A DNA stretch of 64,000 nt from a virus (lineage: Duplodnaviria > Caudoviricetes): positions 1-64,000 of IMG/VR virus record IMGVR_UViG_3300048024_000800; one strand, written 5' to 3'. This document shows positions 29,901 through 41,000 of the stretch, piece after piece (position 1 is the first letter of the stretch; every line of letters begins with the position of its first letter). The position numbers were made by a program, and so were the translations under genes. The notes below the pieces were generated by a model, which had not been told where the DNA came from, searched no databases, and worked only from the letters and a program-made list of their open reading frames with translations.

Positions 29901-32080
29901 GGATGCTTTTTACTAATTCTAATATACATTCTGACGGCTTTTCGTATTCAGGGAGTCATAAAGCTCAAAAGTACACCAGCTCGCTTGTTAGGTTTAATAA
30001 TAAAGAGAAAAATTTTGCACCAGATGTCATTGTTGAAGAGGATTCAAAAGCTCTTCAAAGAATAGGGTTTCAGCAAAAAGAAACTATTGGATTTGGGATT
30101 ACTTCTGAGTCTCAAGCTAGAAGGCTTGCTAGATGGACTCTTCATACTGCTAATTCGGAGGTTGATGCAGTGTCATTTAAAACGTCGCTCCCCGCAAGCT
30201 TATTACATCCTGGTTCTGTTTTTGAAGTGTCTGACGAAATGAGGGTTGGTAAAGGTCGAAGTGGAAGAATTTCTGAGATAATTATGACTAGAAATTATGA
30301 TTTGCTGAATGAAGAAAATGAATCTGCTCTTATTGAGGATCCCTATATTTTGCTTGACAAGTTCGTAAGTCAGGGTCCTAACCCTTCAAGGGTTGAGCTT
30401 TCTGTATCTGTGGGCATAAGTAGCGGGTCGTTTTACTCAATAAATAATAGATCGTTAGAAGAAAAAACTGTGGACGATCAAGACACTGAAATTGATAATG
30501 TGCAGTCTTCTCAGATACTTAGGTTTGACTGTTCCGTTGGTAGCTTAGGTGAAGTTGACGAAAGGCCTATTGGTGTTGGCCGACCTTCTATACTTGAAGA
30601 TTTTTTGTTAAAAATAAGTTTAGAGGTTGATTCTAAGAATAACTCTTTTAAGGCTTATAAGCATGGATTTGTATCTGGGTCAAGAGTTAGATTTTTATCT
30701 AATGGAATTTTGCCTGCTGGGTTGGATGTTAATCGAGTTAATGATCGTTCCTACTTTATTATTAATGAGACTGACCATACTTTTCAAGTATCAAAAACGA
30801 ATAACGGCGAACCTGTTTTTATCTATAACGAAGGGTTTGATGCTTTTCTTCAAAGAGGAGGTTCTCATTTTGTTTGCCCTGAAAACTTAAACGGGAAAAC
30901 TTCCGCCGCAACTTTAGAATATTTAGGGCAAATACAAAAAGGTGCAAATTTTTCTATAAGCGGTAATGTGAATTCTGAAGTTAGTAACGTTGGGACTACT
31001 TCTTTAAACTCTTCTGAGCTTTCTAGTATAGGGGTATTAAATACTAGTTTTGCTAATTTTTTGTCGTGGCAATATTCTACTATACTTGGGCAAATATACA
31101 TTTCTTCGAAGGAATGGGTTTTTTCAATTGATTTTGGGTGGGTTTACGTTAGTTATATTATTGATTCTCCGGTGGGTGATAGGTGGATATTTATCGAAGA
31201 TATGGGGTGGACCCTTATAGATGCCGCGCAAGATTATTGGTGGATACCTTATTACCACGAACATCAGACTATTAGCCCTTGGGTTTTTAAATCTGACAAA
31301 AATGAACTTTTTATTCGAGACTCTGATTGGGCCAGCAAGAAAAAAACTGATTATGTTTATATAGGCGGATATTCTCATAATCCTTATGGTAAGAAATTTT
31401 TAATAACTTATGTCTCCGAAAGCTCTTTGGGTTATTGGGTTAAACAGCCAAGCCTCGAGCTAACTGAAGGAAGCCCTTCCGATCCCCCTTCGTCGCCGGA
31501 ATCTGTAGATGTAAGTGGTCCCCATCAGGACAGTTCTTCATTGGATCATATTTACTACATAGACAGTTTAAGTTCTGAGCAGGGGAGTGAGGCTATAGGA
31601 GTTAAGCTTTTAAGCTCTCAGCCTTTGGGCTCAAGGATTAATCCTAACGTAATAATCGAAGGGTTCGAAAGTGAAAATCATAATTTCAACGCGTTAATTA
31701 ATAAAAAATGGGAGGCAGTTTATATTGACGATCTTAATCTTGAGCTTATAGCTTCAAATCTAGAGGCTGCTGATTTTCTGCAAGATTCTTATCAAATTTA
31801 TGATCATGGAAAGGTGAAATACGAGAGTGTTGCTTCCTCTATTTTTTCAAATTTTTTAGAAAAAAAACTGTATAGAACTTTATCAGTAAAAGAGTTGCCT
31901 GATGGAGAATTTGAAGTTTCTGGTATGGAGTATAATTTTCAAAAATTTAAATCTGTTGATGAAAATGAATCTTTGAGGACTCCTTATTTTCCTATACCGC
32001 CGCAGGCAGATATGAGTGTTCCTGATTCTCCTTCTGATTTGCAACTTGAAGATAATACTTATAGGGGTGTATTTAAGTAA
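26936..32080 (+). CDS. Fused tail assembly protein I (ubiquitin-like) and tip attachment protein J N-terminal/core region
   Basis: gpI-like KKVYLHG..G.KFG...EALRAI...IHLVP..QG and QG.PVPIGYG...VGS; gpJ-like [55 protein letters not shown]. Confidence 0.9.
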   Translation: MKKVYLHGKMGEKFGSEWHFNVKTVPEALRAIDCNCEGFLDYFQQKINEGDKYFIFKKDYRNIKSKEDFEGSLVLNQDEALSEIESEEIHLVPSVQGSIPGFFAAASAWAANFFTVTTLINIVVMTAISYGIAMLTKPPDEEEVDVKTITSKSYVMNGASNRAAQGIPVPIGYGRLMVGSVNIGLERAIKKSSFLRSESDQVLQSFSTTRFLELICEGPIEGFVDQKGVKLAQEDWEKAVFLNEVPVRNEDGTYNYILSEEKNQSVVVDQISDVTTSISISTGDEDDFSQSTYFSDGINYIREYNKVMYGPSPYTIKNQAFLVEDEDSGLQEIEKAKKYGAKIFSHFVSNVSVGQCIFSLAARLSKSDTQGNTFPETCRFAILVQRFDGEFNILDKQSGCRVKISDDFRVNHGEIGIYEDESARGRDGRSIEKWEFGFRFYWEKLKDEEMQGENLVMFPIFRPKNIDEAVESFRTDAHFTEKAKSFEDFVDRNEEAYSSYKEKIKSSGIFCVNGIATESFEFQISCDFDFNFGTSEINEGITFKIIKLSPEYDPSISGEQDIAGMRKVRSMSFVSVQEKVDCSLRYPHSAICSVEFDSRNFENTPSRAYHLKLKKVLIPSNYDPILRKYIDDKGNKTPWDGLFKGQQTSVESLNSISDFHKYWTDNPAFILFDLIQNPRFGVSRYGLEEGSIDKWQIYKIAKYCDELVNTDYIVETKTQILRSFFTSGVVKFDKYSDILDGNYGYMEISVDDNFFYNSGDNRVLLQSKKVGRSDYSPLGLNRDDPCTSVSLEMIFDEILGREPTSEEVSIYEDFSIGRVCDSLVFKLNEQNPQSVFLDSDFKKEFGSGSQFAGKKIAFFSSDHNLSSFSPDVKLKIQKDSCLKNGRFGIEERILLDADPVSRKIYVSGPSFKGDFKPVLNPWGDELYLGGCACQVNHPLVEPRFSSNFYITDQTDALSALNHVCSIFRGIPSYYSGKISSNHDFPKKARMLFTNSNIHSDGFSYSGSHKAQKYTSSLVRFNNKEKNFAPDVIVEEDSKALQRIGFQQKETIGFGITSESQARRLARWTLHTANSEVDAVSFKTSLPASLLHPGSVFEVSDEMRVGKGRSGRISEIIMTRNYDLLNEENESALIEDPYILLDKFVSQGPNPSRVELSVSVGISSGSFYSINNRSLEEKTVDDQDTEIDNVQSSQILRFDCSVGSLGEVDERPIGVGRPSILEDFLLKISLEVDSKNNSFKAYKHGFVSGSRVRFLSNGILPAGLDVNRVNDRSYFIINETDHTFQVSKTNNGEPVFIYNEGFDAFLQRGGSHFVCPENLNGKTSAATLEYLGQIQKGANFSISGNVNSEVSNVGTTSLNSSELSSIGVLNTSFANFLSWQYSTILGQIYISSKEWVFSIDFGWVYVSYIIDSPVGDRWIFIEDMGWTLIDAAQDYWWIPYYHEHQTISPWVFKSDKNELFIRDSDWASKKKTDYVYIGGYSHNPYGKKFLITYVSESSLGYWVKQPSLELTEGSPSDPPSSPESVDVSGPHQDSSSLDHIYYIDSLSSEQGSEAIGVKLLSSQPLGSRINPNVIIEGFESENHNFNALINKKWEAVYIDDLNLELIASNLEAADFLQDSYQIYDHGKVKYESVASSIFSNFLEKKLYRTLSVKELPDGEFEVSGMEYNFQKFKSVDENESLRTPYFPIPPQADMSVPDSPSDLQLEDNTYRGVFK
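32067..32071 (+). promoter_or_regulatory. Putative late promoter motif GTGTA inside the 3' end of the I-J gene
   Basis: GTGTAtttaagtaag-ATG (15 nt to ATG 32082). Confidence 0.6.
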
Positions 32081-32081
32081 G

Positions 32082-35000
32082 ATGGCTACAACAATATTAG
32101 GGTTAAAGTTTAAGGTTAATGATCTTTCTGCTAGGTATGAGGTTGTTGGGACGTCTGACAATTACTCTTTTTCTTATGATCTTGGTAAGGGCGAGGACCT
32201 GGTTGAGAGCTCTGTCAATAATCAATACAGCAAGTCTATAGATCTTCTAGGAAATTATGGCGTTTTTAATGTGCGGGTTTTTGCCGAAACTTCTCTGGGG
32301 ATAAGGTCACAATTTATTGAAGAAAATGTAGTTATCTCTCCTCCAAGTTTTGGTGGAACTTATACGTTTTCTAAAATTCAGATGTCTTCACTTGGTAAAG
32401 ATTTTGATCCGTTTATAAATAAAGCCGCTAGTCAGCAGGATAATTTATTAAACTGTTCTTCTGTGTTTGCCGGTAGGCATGTAAATATAAAATGGGAGGT
32501 ATCTCCTCCTCCAGGCCACCCTTTGGAGGGGCAATCTATTTCTTCAGAATTAATGTCCGATCCTTTTTTTGATCACTTTGAGTTAAGTCTAAAAAGTGGA
32601 AACCCTGGCCTAGATATCTCCAGTTTAAGCTCTTCAGAGCCTTTGATGAATACTCTTAAAACTGAAGAGGTTAATGAAGCGCTCTCTAATTATCGAGAGA
32701 ATTTTTTAAATATAGATAATTATATTTTTGAGGATTTAGATTTAGCTAGAAATTTAGACCTTCAAATTGTGTGCGTGGATTCTCTTGGTGATACGTGCAC
32801 AGGTTTGATTAGCGGGTTTAATCCTGCTCCTGTTTTGAGTAGTTTTTCTAATTCCACTTCTTCATCTAAGACTTCTTTTTCTTGGAGCTCTGAAGATTTT
32901 GACTTTAGGAATGTTCAGGTTTCTTACCTTGCTGTGCCTGATGGGCATTCTATATATGATGACCAGGATCTTCAGAATAGTATACTTCATTTAGAGTCAT
33001 TAAGTGCAGCAAAAGAATATATAGCTTTACCGGATTTTAGTTATCAGGTTGGAGATCTCGCGCTATATTCTGATGATAATGTATATAGAGCTACTCAAGA
33101 TCATATAGTTGACTCTTTGAACGGCCCTGGAAATTTAAATTTTTGGGAGGAAGTCGGGCCTAAGGTTAATTTTCATTCTGATACAGAAACTGTTAATTTG
33201 AACTTTTTTGAGAATGTCCAGTTGTGGGGATTCAATTATTACTATTCTTTATTACCTTTTGATGAGTTTGGGGCTGGAGATGTTTTTAATGTTACCAGTG
33301 AAGGCTTAAGTAGGAAGGGTGAGGGTGGTGAACTTAGGAGTTTTAATACGTCTGTTGCGATTAGTGATTTAAATTTTAGGGAGCGAGGCGATGATCTAGT
33401 TTTTTCTTGGGGCTTTTTTGATGAAAAAGGTAATAAGTTGGACCTTACTGATTATAGGGTTAAATCTGATAGCATTGATGCAAGTGAGCAGCTGTTTGTT
33501 CAGGCTTACATTTTTGATGTAGACACTCTTGATGTTGTTTACGATATTGACCCCCTAGATCCCTCTATCTTTGATTATTTTGAATACAATAGAGATTTAA
33601 ATAATTCAATATATCTTCAGGGAGGTTTTCCTCCTTACGCTCAAGAGTTCGATCCTGGTCAAGTTTATTCTCCTGATGGATCCAATAATTGCGCTTTTAT
33701 TGAGGGGCAGTATAAAATTTTTAAGTCTGTAGCTCAGAACAGCTTTACTTCTCCTTATGTTCGTCCTTACTATAAGGATTGGATTAGCGAGAATAATTAT
33801 TATTCTGTTTCTGATGAAAATATTGTAAAATACGATGGGGCCTTATATAAAGTTATACAAGACATTGGGCCTCTCGCTCCATCTGTGGTTGGTTTTTTTA
33901 ATGAAGAGTTCCTGTCTGAGAATTCTGAATATTATTCTATAGGAGATTTAGTTTTTGCTCCTGATATTGATATTGAAATTTTTAACCCTTCTCTATCTTT
34001 TAATGTTGGGGAGTTGGTTTTTTATAGAGGGTCTGTTTACAGATGCCTTTCTTCTCAGTCTAAAGGTAACGCAATTTATCCGAATTTAGATTCTGAATTT
34101 TGGCGTAAAGAAAATCCGGTTGAAGATTTTTCATGCTCTGTCTTTAAACTAATATACGATTCTTCGATCGAGCCAATGGGGGTAAGTCCAGCTTCAGTTA
34201 ACTCGGGTTGGGAAAGGGTTACTCCAAATAATAACTCTGATTATTTTTCTTTATTTGCTGGGCCTTTCAATTATAATGTCGTAGAGTGGAGCGAAGATTA
34301 TGATTTTTATGAGGGAGACTTTACTGTTTATGGAAATGATATTTGGATATGTCTCGCGCCAAATAGGTCGCAGCGACCCCCTGAATATTCTAGCTCCTGG
34401 AGCAATCAAATTTTTTCGTCAGATTCAAATTCATTTCAAGATATAGTTGCTGATTATAAGTTTGAGGATATTGTATTCCATAACGATCAGGTTTATAAGT
34501 GCTTATCTGATAATCCTACTGGCGCGCCTATATCTGCTATCAGCGAGCCTAATAGGAGTTCATTAAGTAATTATTTAGATTCTCAGTGGATTCCTTTTTG
34601 GGAAGAGGATCTAAGTGACTATGGTAACGTATTTGGTCATGTAGGTATCCCCGAAAGCGGAAAAAGAGATATAGGCATAGATGTTTCTTTGGTCAATCTC
34701 AATGGCGACATATTAGACTCTTCGCGAATTATTGCGACTAATCCTCCTCCAAGAATATTACCGCAAGGCTTTAGTGTTGACAGTACAAGCATGGCTTCTA
34801 GGGTTAGATTTAATTTTAATTACGATCAGGGATTTCAAGAAAAAACAACGAAAGTCAATTTGTATAGATCTAGCTTTCCGGATTTCGATATAACCGGATC
34901 TGATAAATTTCCTCTTGAGCATATTGGTGCAGATTCTACATTCGTAAAGTCTGTGTTGGGTGCTGGAGATGCTACGTTTGGCGATAATATTACTGAAATT

Positions 35001-38000
35001 TTTGACGATCCTCCTTTATATGTAAACTCAGAAGGTATAGAGGAGGCTACTGGTTATTATTATAAAATTCTGCCTTTTGATGATTTTGGGTCCGGAGATT
35101 TGTTTGGAGTAAACCCCAGTAACGATGGAGGTCTTGACAAGATCATAGTTTACCCAAAAAACTTTCACAGTCAAAATCCAACAGATCCAATTGGAGAAAT
35201 TCCCAAAGCATCCCAACCAAACCTGGGTCCAGATGGGGGTATAATTTTATACGAATCTATTCCTGGTCCAGCGCAAAACTTAACTGGAGATACTGCGTTT
35301 GTAAACTACTTCTTGAATTGGGATATGCCTACTTCAGAAAGGGATGAGAATGATAATTTTGTTAAGAGAGTTCCTAATGATATTGATTATTATGAAATCT
35401 GGGAATCTACAGGTAAATATATAAACTACAGTTTGGATGGAGGAGTTAGTTCAAGCTTTTTGAATCAAACTACTAATCTAAATGGTTATAGAAGAATTAT
35501 TGGAGATCTTGAAAGCTATGGAGATGTACCTTTAGAGGCAATTGATATCGCAGAAAGTATAGTTGGTGCAAAAAATATATTTGATGTAGACGCTCGGTCG
35601 CTGTCCTTAGAAACCACTTACAAGGGGGAAGTTAATGATAGAAGATATTTTTGGGTAAGACCTGTAGATTTTGCAGGAAATAAGGGACCTTTTACTGGAG
35701 CCAAAAATTTCGATGGAGAGTACGTTGAGGGTTTAGAGTTAACACTGGGACAAGCAAAAACTACAGATATTGCTGACTTTGAGCAAAATATAACAAAAAC
35801 ATTTCCTAATACGGTAGCTTTGGTTCCCAATAACCCTTTTAAAAATCAAGACCCCAATAGTTCGTCTATATCTTGGGAAAGTCATTATTTGTATAATAAC
35901 GGAACTGGCTATTATATTTCTGCAGGTAGCACAGACGATAAATTTCTTTATTTTACGGGAAGTTCTTTAGAGTTAACTGAAGACCAAAAGAAGGAAGAAT
36001 TAAAGTTGGGTCAAGCTGGAGGAGGAACTCTTGACGACTCTAAAAATAATCCCCTTAGGAATGTAGTCTTTACTGGAGATTACGATTCTGTAAATTATCA
36101 TCCCGCTGGACAGGGGCAGGGTACCGACGATGAGCTTCCGGCAGTAGTAGATGATAGCGATTTTATAATAGCAAGAAATGTAAACGGCATAGCTTCTCCA
36201 ATGTGGCACGCATTTGCTAACGCATTGATTGGTAGTGCTCACATAGAAAATGCCGCTATTACAAATGCAAAAATTCATAACTTAACTGCAGACAAAATTA
36301 GAAGTGCAGAAATAAAAGGTCAAGATATTCAGGTGGGTCTTGGTGGGGGTAGCGGTCAAATTAGGAGCGCTGGCTTCGATGGTCTTGCTGATACTGGAAA
36401 AGGTTTTGTTGTTAGTGGAGACGGAAGCTTCGTTTTTGCGGCGGACGACGGAAGATTACACTTTGATGATGGCGAACTTGTATTAGAAGGAAAGCTTAAG
36501 CAAGTTGATGGTAAAGAATATACATTTATAGATTTAGATGCTTCGCCTGATTCTTTCTTTTATAGTGAATTGTCTGATGGAACATATGTTAGTGATGAAC
36601 CTCAAACCTGTGAAATTAGGGCGTCTTTTCAAAATAGTTTTGTTCAAGAAAATCAAGTTAGATTTAGAGTCAGTAATCCTAATAATGGATATGAATTTAT
36701 TAAGTATAGCGATTTTGATGATGATCCTACGACATATGGTAAATACAATATAAGCGGATTTAAATATGATCCAACCGATGGTGACTTTGTAGGCGGAGAA
36801 CCTAAGGTTGCTACTGCGGAATTTAATGTAACTGGATTTAATCAAATGATTAATACTGTTGATCCGCAGCTTACAACAATTATTGTTTCTGCATCAGGAT
36901 TAAATACCTCAACCGAAAGATCAATTCCAATTAATTTTGTAGCCGATGGAGCGGCTGCTGTATATGTAGAACTTGCTGCAACTCAACAAGTTTTTGAATA
37001 CGATTCGGATGGAAATGAGCTTGCAACGAATAGTGATCCTACATTAACTGCGACGGCATATAATGCTGATGGATTGATATATTACAACTTTATTTCTGGC
37101 GGATTGAGTTTGCAGAATTCAGTATCAAATTATTATCAAGTGACAGGTATACCTGAAAAATTTGAAGATATGCCGATAGCTTTTTCTGTGGATATAAGTG
37201 GACAAGACGATTCTTCTATACTTGCTTCTGATCGTTTTACATTTTTCGGAACGCATCCAGGTAAAGATTCGTATACTGTTTTTCTAACAAATGAAAATCA
37301 TACATATCCAGCAAATGAGAATGGGCTTGTTCATCCTGATGATCTTGAAGTAGGTAAAACTCAAGTTAGGTTTTTTAGGGGAACTGGAGAATATAGATAT
37401 GATCAAGCTGGTTCTGCAGATAAAAGTTTTAGTCTTGTTAGTGTCACTAGCAGCCATCAAAATGTTGTTACTCATTCTGAAGATCCACAAGGGGTTGGTG
37501 TTGATAGAAAACTTTTTGTTAAAATGGCCGCCTATCCTGACGATAAAAATGAGGGAACTTTTACAATAAAAGTAAAAGACAATCAATACAGCGATGTTAC
37601 TTTTGAAAAAATATACACCTACTCAAAATCAATAGAAGCTGCCAAGGGAAGAACTGTTGAGTTGTCTGCCGGTGCACAGGCTATTAAGTATGATACTGCG
37701 GGTGATAATCCAACACAAAATCAAACAGTTGAAATAACCGCATTTGCGACTAATTTCATTGCGGCAGCGCAATATGAATTTTTCATAGGAAATACTAAAA
37801 TTCAGAACAAAAATGTGGGTGCTACTATAGAAATTAACATTCCTGCTACTCATGATGGAACTGCAACAACAAGTAATCCAGACGACCCCACTAATTCTGC
37901 AACTTATAATTTACCTGTTACAATAGAATGTAAAGCATATGACACGACAAAAAATGATACTGGAGATGTAATCGACACTAATCCAAGGGCTACAGACCAA

Positions 38001-41000
38001 ATTACAATATTCGGTCTGAAGGAAGGCTCTAATGCTATAACTGTAATTCAGTCTCAGCAGTTTGTTAATGTTCCTGTAAAAAATGATAGCTCTGGTGGAG
38101 TAACTGATGTAGATGTTTCTAATACAGAAAATATATTAACTGTTTTTGATGGAACAAATCAATTAAATTATAAATCGGGCTCTGTTCCGACAGACATAGA
38201 TGATGGAGATATTGGTTTTTATGTTGCTGCTACTTCATCGTCTTTAACGGTAACCTCTGGGGCTGTTACCGGTCCGCCTAAGCAATTTAAAACAAGCATA
38301 GCTCAAGCCTCAGATTGGTTTACGAGCGAAAATTCAGCCAAAATAAATTATGCAATAACTGTAATTGACCATGATGAACAAAAAAGAGAATTAGATGCAG
38401 AACAAAATTTAGTTAAAACTTTTGATGGAACAATAGCAAGAAAAGTAGATTTAACTGCTGATGATCAAACAATAGAGTATGATTCCGCAGGAAATACTGA
38501 TTCGGGTCAAAAAATTACTCTTACCGCTACGGCACATAATACAATTGGAGATGTTTACTATAAATATACTGTAACAGATTCTAGTGGAGCTGTTGTTGAT
38601 AATAGTCTAGATGTAAGCGGATTTAACAAGGATGATACAGAGGTTAAATATACTGTACCACAAGTAATTGGCGGCCCTGTAAAAATTAAAGTTGAAATAA
38701 GTGAAAAGTCCGATGGAAGTGTTGTTCTAGCAACAGACGAAATTACAATTTATTCTTTGAAGAACGGATCTGATGTTATCACAGCAATCTTAAGTAACGA
38801 AGCTCATTCTTTAACCAAAGATTTTGAAGGAATAATCACTTCTACGGGAAGCGGAACAGATATTAAAGTTTTCCAAGGGACACAAGAATTAACATTTGTT
38901 GCAGGAACAGTAAACCCTTCGGGTGAGAATACTTTTACGGTAGAGGATTCAACTATAGGCGGAGTTACTAATGGAAGCATGGCCCAGCATGCAGATCAAG
39001 ACAAGAAGTATTGCGTTGTAGAACCTCATGACTTTAGCTCTTTCACTGGTCAATCTGCGACGATTACATATACAATAAAATTTAAAAATGACGTTGGAGA
39101 AACAGGCACCATAACGAAACAACAAACCTTCTCTATATCTCAAGAAGGAGAACACGCAAGAAAAGTTGATCTAACAGGAGACCAAGCTGTAAAGTATAAT
39201 ACTGCTGGAAGTTCTCCTGATCCTGATGAGATTACATTAACTGCAACCGCACTCAACCAAAGGTCAAGTTCGACTTTGCTATATAGGTACAGCCTTGTCG
39301 GAAATACAATAGGTACTCTTAAGGAGGGCAACAGCACTTACAACGAAGAGTTCATCAGTGAGAATACAATAAAGTATAATCCTCCTGACAATAAATTTAA
39401 GGTTGCTACTGTTATGGTTGAAATGCGTGAGGATGGAACTGATGTAGCTAAAGATACATTAAGTATTTATGGTATTCAAGACGGCTCTGATGTTATCACA
39501 GCAATATTAAGTAACGAAGCTCATACCCTACCTAAGAATTTTAATAACATTGTTGATTATTCAGGAAGCGGAACAACTATTCAAGTATATCAAGGTACTA
39601 CTGAGTTAGCTGTGGTCGACGACTCGACCACACTTTCTGCGGGAAAATACAAGATAAGTACAGCGGCAGCCGGTATACAAGCTAATCGATCGACAACAAC
39701 ATTAAATGAATTCGATAACGCATCAAATTTAACTGCAGATGCTGCAAGCATAACGTTTACCATAGAAGGAAAAGATTCTGACGGCAAAGATTTCTCAATT
39801 GTTAAGACGCAAACCTTCTCTATATCTGCACAAGGTATACTAGGTAATAGAGGGGTAGGTATAACGTTTAGAGGAGTTTATGATCCAACCGAAGAAGAGT
39901 ATATTGGCGCGGTTGATGGAGGGAACAGAGGTGATGTGGTTGAATATAATGGTTCATATTATTTGTGTATACAAGATAATGGGACTAAGGCAGGCTTATC
40001 AGTAAAAAACCCTACTGATGGCGCGTACTGGGAAGGGTTTGGTGCTGAGTTTTCAAGCGTAGCAACAGATATATTGTTGGCTCAAGACGCCGCAATAACT
40101 AGATCTTTGGTGATGGGCAAAAATACTAAAGATCCGTCGGGAAGCGGAGGAGTAATAAGAAGCGCAAATAAAACGGGATTTGGAGATGGTAACGAAGGAT
40201 TTTTCCTTGGTGATACTGATGTTGTTGAATTTGAAGTTGGTGATTCTGATTCTTTTATTAAATTTGATACTGATTCAGATAGAGTAGAAATTAAGGGTTC
40301 ATTGATTATTAATAGTAGGGATGATAGTAATTTAAATATTAATTCTATAGATGGAGAAGACGCAACATTTATTGGTGGTGGATATAATAATTCGATATCA
40401 GGTTTGGGTTCCTCGATTGTTGGTGGGGGAGAAAATGATATAAGCGGAAGGTTTTCTTTTATAGGTGGTGGTTTTAATAATAATATGGGCGACAATTTCT
40501 CTGCTATTGTTGCTGGATACAATAACGAAATGCCAAATACTGGAGAGCTGCATCAAGGAGCTAATCTTATTGGGGCAGGAATACATAATATTATTGACGG
40601 AGGAACTTCACAAACTATAGTAAATGGAAGCGAAAACCTTATTCATCAAACAGGAAATGTTGGGGACGAGCTTGTAGCTTTTGATGGTCAACAAGGTTGG
40701 CTTTCTCCAGGTTTTCTTGGAACTTTTTCTGGCTATGGAGGTGGAGGTTTGGCGTATAATAAAAGCGCTAATTTCGTAGATGGTCTGGCAGGTTGGGTTG
40801 AAAACTCTTGGTGGCCATCATACAAAAAAGATTGGGGTGTGAATACGTTAAGTAATGTATTTTATATTGGGAGTAACCGAGGAATAAGTCAAGGCGCCTG
40901 GGTTTATCATACCGATTTAAAGTGGTGCAATTTTTCGGATCAAAGTAGTGAAGTGTATAATGACGCTGAATATAGAATTTATGATAGTTTATATGGAAAA

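Noticed and set aside
32016-32081. Hydrophobic, signal-peptide-like N-terminus of the giant ORF
   Set aside because: It derives from overlap with the J gene end; ATG 32082 after GTGTA is the more plausible start.
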